NCBI GenBank assembly: GCA_001600695.1
Contig: BCKQ01000015.1
Location: 338,581 to 344,577, forward strand
DNA: 5,997 nt
Direction: 5' to 3'
DNA from: Ascoidea asiatica JCM 7603
Taxonomy: Eukaryota; Fungi; Ascomycota
Each line of letters opens with the position of its first letter. Within the stretch, counting starts at the first letter, position 1. Positions 1-5,997 of the stretch are shown one piece after another. The translations under genes were made by a program, and so were the position numbers. The notes under the pieces are model-generated. The model saw only the letters and a program-made list of their open reading frames with translations. It was not told the origin of the DNA and did not search any database.

Positions 1-32
1 GGTATAGCGTACAAAGTAGAAAAGACCTTGCT

Positions 33-710
33 ATTGGTACCAGCCATAGTCGTACAACCTGTAAGAGCATATTAAAGCTAAGCCACTCGGTACGAGGAGA
101 ATTAAAGAGGTGATAGGATTTAGCGTCTATCCGGATAGAAGTTAAATCCGAAGGGCCAATCCAATCCAGGCAGGGACGCCTTCTGGAAGGCTGGATTGGC
201 TAAGCCTAGTTTCATGTGAGATAAGGTATAATTCTCACTGCGTAAACCGAATTGTCTCGGAGTAAACAGCAGACTAGTGGAGATATTCCCGTAAGGGATC
301 TATTCCGAGTACGGCTCCGGGATTAAAGATTATTCCCGGCAATTAGTGCGATTGTGTGCCCCACTGGAAAGTGGGCTGATTTGTTTTACTATGGTAAAAT
401 TGAAATGTGAATTTCAATTGATTTCTAATCAAGTTTTTAACCCTTTTTAAAAGGTAAACTTGATTCCCACCCTGATTCTAAGGAATCCTGGGACTTTTGG
501 GAATTCCCGAGAATTCTCGATAGTTTTGCGGCACCCCGTAGGAATCCTGAATTAATATAAAAGAAATCGATTTCCTCTTATTTTTTTATATAATTCAATT
601 AGTTTTCTTTTTGGATCATCGATTAGCACGAGTTAATTGACTAATACATAGTTTGTAAGTACGTAAAATTTATATATTCGATTTTTTAAAATGAATGAAA
701 ATTCACAATA
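33..710 (+). repeat. Left arm of long inverted terminal repeat (678 bp visible)
   Basis: Compared base by base with the reverse complement of 5320-5997 (position x pairs with 6030-x). Identical over 33-652, mismatches at 653, 686 and 705, similarity lost from 711. Confidence 0.98.
126..597 (+). other. Cluster of hairpins and palindromes within the ITR (mirrored at 5433-5904)
   Basis: TCTATCCGGATAGA 126-139; stem 155-163/192-200 with inner hairpin 178-191; stem 216-221/233-238; TCCC-GTAA-GGGA 287-298; stem 317-322/334-339; CCCACT-GGAA-AGTGGG 360-375; AATTGAAAT-GTGA-ATTTCAATT 398-419; stem 427-436/456-465; GGGAATTCCC 499-508; CGAGAATTCTCG 508-519; GAAATCGATTTC 563-574. Confidence 0.85.
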
Positions 711-2459
711 ATTTTTAGGTAAGTTATTATTATTAAGATTTATTGTATTAATCAAAAGTAATCGATAAATCTAGGACTTGCTTCTAAAAAGAAAACTCTT
801 GATTTCTTTTGCGAATGAATATTTTCATCTCATTTAACTGCCCTTTAAGGTTCGTTCAATCCTTTATCTCCTTGTCCTTATCTGGATAATTATGATTATC
901 TAAGTCTGGACCCTTCACATCTTGGGTAATTCATCTTTGGACCGAATTTTGATTTTCCTCAAGATCGTCCGTGGTATTTCAGCAATGTCACTACCAATGG
1001 CTTTATTGTTGAATATTAAGCTTATGATTAATATTCATATTCATTTATATCCATAATCTCTATATAAAAATTTTATATAAAAATAGTGAGAAATCAAGGA
1101 CTATTTATATTAAGTTGTACCTTGATGAACAAGAAATATATTTTATAAATCTTGCCAGTTGTTTCTCATACGTATAGCAAAACGGTCGTTGTTAGGGAGC
1201 CAAAATTAAGGAGGACATCACTTCTTACCTGTAATACTTGGGGTTCAAATTAGCAGTCGTAATCTCTATCTACATGTCAGTATTCGCCACATATAATTTG
1301 AAAGAAGGTAGAAGTAGAATTTTTTTTTGATAGCACTTGCAAGGGCTTTTTCTACCAGTTGGTACATTCGGTTGTTCGAGTAGCCATTAAACTTCTATTA
1401 GCTAATCAACTTCTGGTATCTAAATAGTAATCAATTAGGTCTCATCAAGTCCCAGGACATCCCCTTGCTCGGAAGAAGAGTTATGCATACCAAAACATCA
1501 CGTCTTCAACAACCGCATATTAGCCCCTCACAATAAATATGAGCTAATAATTTCTTCGTACAATTACTAATGGGATCATGAAACCAGCCCTCTCGGCTGT
1601 CCGTATATCCGATGCACTCGAGTATACCACAATCAACGTCCGGCCTTCTTGATTAGGTAATCACTTTCCTAATGGGGACCAGGCCAGTGGATCTGACCAA
1701 TGTCATGGAACATTGTACCTGCAGAGTACTTCAGGTATCCCCATGCTACATCTCGTAACATGTATGTTGACAATCCATATTGAGTGTTGAGACTCACGCC
1801 TCAGTTGGGAATAGTTGATTAACATAGGAACGCGTAAGCCAGTACAACGGGACTACCCAGCCCCGTTCCTAGGCCTTGAATAGTATCGCCGAGACAGTAT
1901 CCCAAGAGGCATTCCTTTGTACCGTAGTCATTATAGGGACAAGGTCTTATCACCCGGGCTTGTACTACTAGGCACTTGGCCAAGTTCAAAGCTTCAGCAG
2001 TTTGCCACTAGACTATCTCACCTAACGTGGGATTACCTAGAATTGATTTAATTGGAAAGAAACAATGGAACAAAAACATACACATCAGATAATTATAACA
2101 AAAACAATCAATAAAAATAATAAGATGAACAGTAATTAATTTCATTATAATCCGCATTATAATAGTAATCATAATCATAACAATAAAATCATCATGTTAA
2201 TCAACCACAAGTAATCAGCATCATATTGCATAAGTAATCATGCAGATCAACATACCTATAAATGAAGAATAGTTTAATTTTTTATAACTATTCATAAATT
2301 GAAGTTCAACAAACTTTCACAAACAGGAACATTGCAATAACTAGTTTGAACGTCAGTAATATTAAAGTATCAAAGATCAGATACTTATCCGTTATTATAA
2401 TGAACCGAAACGCCAATGTGTAAAGTATCCAAATAGATCTTTCACCTCATTAAGGATGA
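691..2459 (+). CDS. Hypothetical protein L, spliced (exons 691-718 and 775-~2459, up to ~570 aa), non-standard code (TAR=Gln, TGA=Trp?); 3' end uncertain
   Basis: ATG 691 plus intron removal gives MNENSQQFLGLASKKKTLDFFCE(W)IFSSHLTALQGSFNPLSPCPYLDNYDYLSLDPSHLGQFIFGPNFDFPQDRPWYF. Third positions are strongly T-rich over 777-1050. The same frame holds a Gln-rich tract at 2109-2210. In-frame TGA at 816, 1299, 1650, 1788 and 2457. Frame continuity through 1050-1330 is the weakest part. Confidence 0.5.
719..774 (+). other. Putative spliceosomal intron, 56 nt, phase 1
   Basis: AG|GTAAGT donor and CTAG|G acceptor, only 10/56 G+C, TTAAT branch-like motif at 748-752. Removal joins ATG 691 to the codon-biased frame at 777, which has no nearby upstream ATG of its own. 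Confidence 0.7.
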
Positions 2460-3443
2460 TCAGATCGTACAAGGTGCCACAAATATAAATCTAGGAGTTT
2501 TGGAGCAGATACAATTTATGTGGCGGTTAATATTGTGGCTTGAGGAAATACATAAACAAGAAAGAAAGACCAACGTAATAACTAATCGTGAGTTCAAAAA
2601 TTTGTATTGCATTACTTTAGGTTCAATAATTATTTGGGAGTTTACATACGGGTTTTGCTGTCGGAATCCACTACGATTTAGAATGGATAATTAGTGCACA
2701 TAAGTGATTTTTTTATTCTCGACTAGCAGTGATGATCAATGAATATTTGTAATTAATATAGCCCTATCGTAATGCCTTTGTTTACATTCCTGTAATTCTC
2801 ACTAACATACAGATTTTTTTTATATGAAGGTAAACATAATAATTTCTGAATATATGAGGAGCGTGCTAAAACTCGTATTTTTAATGGAAAGATGTAAACG
2901 GTCAATTTAGTGTTATGTTACAGAAAGATGCTGAGGGTATTGGATGGCTCTAAACTATGCCCGTTATAACTTGCTTTAATGTCCCACAGGGTAGTAAATG
3001 CATTTAAATACTCGTATGGCGCCACTTATCAGGACTCTTTTGATAATTCTGTTTTTTAGTGTTTGGCATATGTCGTGCCCTGTTTTGTGAATACCCGACT
3101 GTATCCAAGAATGTGGTTTTTTCCGCAGATTAGGTTAAAACATATAGTTCGTGATTATCCTTAAGCCTTTTTGGACAACACAATTGAGTACTGGGTACGT
3201 AACCACGTTAATTGGAGGGATGACTTCATTTCTTATTGCTTTTAAGTATCGGCTGTTTCCGTGTGTTCTGGGAACAGTTCCGAAAATTTAATGGAGTTAA
3301 TTGCTTGACAATCATTATATGTTGAATGGTTTATCGTACGGCTCACCCGTCTCCGATACCTATCGTATTGAATGCGTAAATGACTATGTCTCCAAACCCG
3401 GTTCATCTTAGGGGATGGATTAACCGTTTGCTGACGTTTACAT
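2460..3443 (-). CDS. Hypothetical protein M (up to ~327 aa; 3' end uncertain), or a downstream exon of gene R
   Basis: ATG 3443-3441 sits exactly at the edge of the TA-rich spacer: MQTSANGQSIPQDEPGLETQSFTHSIRQVSETGEPYDKPFNIQ(W)LSSNQLHQIFGTVPRTHGNSRYLKAIRNEVIPPINVVTYPVL. No TGA over 170 codons (3311-2802). Same frame as gene R. The antisense + frame in the same register also looks protein-like, so the strand is not certain. Confidence 0.4.
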
Positions 3444-3660
3444 ATATATATTTATATATATATATATATGTATATATAAGTATATATAATCAATGAGATA
3501 TATATGGTGGTTTTTAAAAATAAAAATACCTATATATAATTGTACATAAAGCTAACTATGTATATATATGCATATAGATAAATTGTATGTTTATTTATAT
3601 AACGGTTTGTGCAGTTAAATAACTATATATATATGTATAAATATATAGGTATGTTTATTT
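3444..3660. repeat. (TA)n-rich low-complexity spacer (intergenic region or intron)
   Basis: Several interrupted TA-dinucleotide runs (e.g. 3442-3488, 3561-3569, 3624-3647) and very low G+C, lying between frames R and M. Confidence 0.85.
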
Positions 3661-3800
3661 GTTCCTACATTGGGAACTATATATTTCTTTAGTTATGTTG
3701 TTTCTGTCGTTGGGTATGGGAGCGTATGGATTGGAAAATTCTCTGACATACTATGTTTAACTGTTTATTTTGCTTATAATAACCGTCTTTTGATTTAACG

Positions 3801-5339
3801 TCAAGCATTGTGGTGTTTCCTTAATAAGCCTTTGAACATTTGAAACATTTAGCTGACTATCCTGGAATTTGGTAGTATACTTGCTCTCTGCTTATCGCGT
3901 ATGCTGTTCTTACCTGTATCTTATAAAATAAAGCACAGGGGAATGCTATATTATACAAATAAGAGTAAGTTTATAAATGATAAAATATTAGTAATAATAG
4001 GAAATAAATGCTATAATGAATAGCATTATAATATAAATGCAAATAAGAATAAAAAAATAATATGGATAGTAGCATGAAGAGAATTAGATGATTGTTTTTC
4101 AAATTAAGTAGCAAAATATATAAGAAAAATAGATATCGTTATATGAAAGTTTTTAGATGTAAAATCAAAATGGCATTTGTGGCCAATGTTAAGTGTTAAT
4201 ACAAATCTGTTGAATATTTGAACAGGGATTAATATAGTAGATATATTTGGTAAGATTTACTAATGAGTAATCGATTGAGGATATTTAGAATAAAGGAAAC
4301 ACACTAATGCTTTAGAAACTGAGGACGCATTATAATATGTTTCATTAATCATCGGAATTCCCATTTTGTTGTTTGCAAATTGATTAGAATGAAGAAAGCT
4401 AATAGTACTTTAAATTATCTTTCTTGGAACTAAAACTCTGTAGTAATATTTCGACGTTGGTAAGTCACTAAATTGAGGGAACTACTATAACTAGTATTTT
4501 CGTTTTCAGTTTGTTCTAACCTTATCATGAGCAGGGTCTTATTTTCCATTTGATATATCTTCATAATAAATTACAGGGAAGTACTGATGTTTACTCTCCT
4601 ATTGAATAAAGATTTTATCTGCTCTTGTATTTGCTTATATTTACGGATAATATTAGAAAATGGTTTTCATATCGCGTTTATGTTGTAACTCAATGTAGTC
4701 TGAATAATTGGTAATTAAAGTTGAGAATTGTCTGGCATATAAGGTTGGACCGAATGGTTCAGGAGAGTTTTCCTTCTTTTGATCAATTAAAAAACGAAAG
4801 TGGATTATTGTTAGTAAATCTTTAAAGGGGATAAAATTTAAATCAGTATTATAATATTTCATTGTTAATGCAATAATATTGACATCAATGCTTGATATTG
4901 CTTTAATTGAGCACATGAAGTGGGAGATTAAAGCATTTGAGATAAGAATACTATAGTATTCTTACCAGTGTTGAAAAAATGAGAGAATAACATTGTTATT
5001 AAACGGAAGACAAAGTATGCTCTTATATGGACTTGGTGAAATAGAATTATGAAGGAAATGTTGTAAGGTTGAGTCATTGAATAATTTTGCTCAATATATA
5101 ATATTATTTCTGTCTTGTTGAATAGCTTTAAATATTGCTAAGGCATTATTGGTGATAAATAGGTAGTCCATTATTTTAGTTTGAGGGGTCTTACAAACAT
5201 TCATGGAATTAGAAGAATGATCAGAATAAATATATATATAAGATTAAGGGTCAGAAGAGATATTAATGAATTAATTCATTTTGCTATTTTATTAGTAGTG
5301 TCATTTGACTGGTTAATTGTATTGGGAATTTTCATTCAT
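3801..5339 (-). CDS. Hypothetical protein R (~512 aa if TGA 3803-3801 is the stop; may continue to ~3660 or further), non-standard code (TAR=Gln, TGA=Trp?)
   Basis: One frame from ATG 5339 (alternative ATG 5279) with G enriched at codon position 1 and rare at position 3. It contains the listed 87-aa ORF 4653-4916 as an internal fragment. Roughly 20 TAR codons between 5279 and 3900 read naturally as Gln (FIQQESKHQ, KYQLQQFPQF). Internal TGA at 5303, 5093 and 4508 (IIY-W-AKLF, RTN-W-KRKY). Confidence 0.68.
4943..4964. repeat. Perfect 22-bp palindrome TAAGAATACTATAGTATTCTTA
   Basis: Self-reverse-complementary over 22 bp, inside frame R. Confidence 0.9.
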
Positions 5340-5997
5340 TTTACAAAATCGAATATATAAATTTTACGTACTTACATACTATGTATTAGTCAATTAACTC
5401 GTGCTAATCGATGATCCAAAAAGAAAACTAATTGAATTATATAAAAAAATAAGAGGAAATCGATTTCTTTTATATTAATTCAGGATTCCTACGGGGTGCC
5501 GCAAAACTATCGAGAATTCTCGGGAATTCCCAAAAGTCCCAGGATTCCTTAGAATCAGGGTGGGAATCAAGTTTACCTTTTAAAAAGGGTTAAAAACTTG
5601 ATTAGAAATCAATTGAAATTCACATTTCAATTTTACCATAGTAAAACAAATCAGCCCACTTTCCAGTGGGGCACACAATCGCACTAATTGCCGGGAATAA
5701 TCTTTAATCCCGGAGCCGTACTCGGAATAGATCCCTTACGGGAATATCTCCACTAGTCTGCTGTTTACTCCGAGACAATTCGGTTTACGCAGTGAGAATT
5801 ATACCTTATCTCACATGAAACTAGGCTTAGCCAATCCAGCCTTCCAGAAGGCGTCCCTGCCTGGATTGGATTGGCCCTTCGGATTTAACTTCTATCCGGA
5901 TAGACGCTAAATCCTATCACCTCTTTAATTCTCCTCGTACCGAGTGGCTTAGCTTTAATATGCTCTTACAGGTTGTACGACTATGGCTGGTACCAAT
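5320..5997 (-). repeat. Right arm of long inverted terminal repeat (runs to the window edge, may extend further)
   Basis: Reverse complement of 33-710, with mismatches at 5377, 5344 and 5325. The mirror of bases 1-32 would lie at 5998-6029, outside the window. Confidence 0.98.

Larger units (their letters stand above)
1..5997. mobile_element. ITR-bounded ~6-kb element (transposon, virus segment or linear plasmid; class undetermined)
   Basis: Near-identical long ITRs enclose a 4.6-kb unique core, and genes start from within each ITR and point inward. True termini and target-site duplications are not visible. No transposase, Rep or polymerase motif was recognised. Confidence 0.6.

Noticed and set aside
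1690-1770. - strand MLRDVAWGYLKYSAGTMF resembling cytochrome b (linear mitochondrial chromosome idea)
   Set aside because: Heme-ligand histidines and flanking conserved motifs are absent, stop density in that frame is near random expectation, and no rRNA or tRNA fragments were recognised.
1890-1935. - strand LRYKGMPLG resembling a reverse transcriptase motif
   Set aside because: No downstream YxDD motif; isolated short match.
2500-2694. Listed 64-aa + strand ORF (TTG start)
   Set aside because: Short, no recognisable motif, and out of register with the longer frames; likely a chance ORF.
2975-3000. + strand NVPQGS resembling the RT PQG motif
   Set aside because: No YADD follows, and it is not in a supported frame.
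3421-3790. TAACCG/TAACGG motifs at 3421, 3600 and 3780 (~180-bp spacing)
   Set aside because: Only short matches with no surrounding similarity; consistent with chance.
4290-4440. RVLVPRKIIQSTISFLHS resembling the retroelement integrase H2C2 region
   Set aside because: The second His and the CxxC are missing, and no DDE core follows.
4653-4916. Listed 87-aa - strand ORF as a standalone gene
   Set aside because: The same codon bias continues in frame on both sides, so it is a fragment of frame R.
691-5339. Stops explained by fungal RIP or ordinary pseudogene decay
   Set aside because: RIP would scatter C-to-T transitions between the ITR arms, but they differ by only three transversions. Many CAA/CAG codons remain and frame R has no indel over ~500 codons. 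Disfavoured, not formally excluded if the ITRs are collapsed in assembly.
1-5997. Assignment to densovirus or Euplotes Tec element
   Set aside because: Only the architecture is similar. No HUH, Walker A, PLA2, DDE or tyrosine recombinase motif was recognised, and Euplotes uses TAA/TAG as stops.
1-5997. CRISPR array, tRNA, rRNA or telomeric repeats
   Set aside because: No regularly spaced repeats, cloverleaf, conserved rRNA motifs or C4A4/C4A2 tracts seen.

Overview
The window looks like almost all of one ~6-kb linear element. It has ~680-bp inverted terminal repeats (33-710 / 5320-5997; 620 bp perfect, 3 mismatches in the inner 58 bp) packed with hairpins and palindromes. The standard-code ORF track is nearly empty. 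Read by hand, the interior resolves into three long, apparently indel-free frames if TAA/TAG are Gln and internal TGA is sense (probably Trp). A + strand gene starts at ATG 691 inside the left ITR and has a canonical 56-nt GT-AG intron (719-774). A - strand gene starts at the mirror ATG 5339 inside the right ITR, and both proteins begin MNENSQ. A third - strand frame starts at ATG 3443, just past a (TA)n-rich spacer. The best reading is a nuclear-expressed ITR element (transposon, virus segment or linear plasmid) of a eukaryote that uses all three stop codons as sense. No protein family could be recognised by eye. Gene 3' ends and frame continuity in the middle are uncertain, and the code assignment is an inference that needs homology or transcript support.
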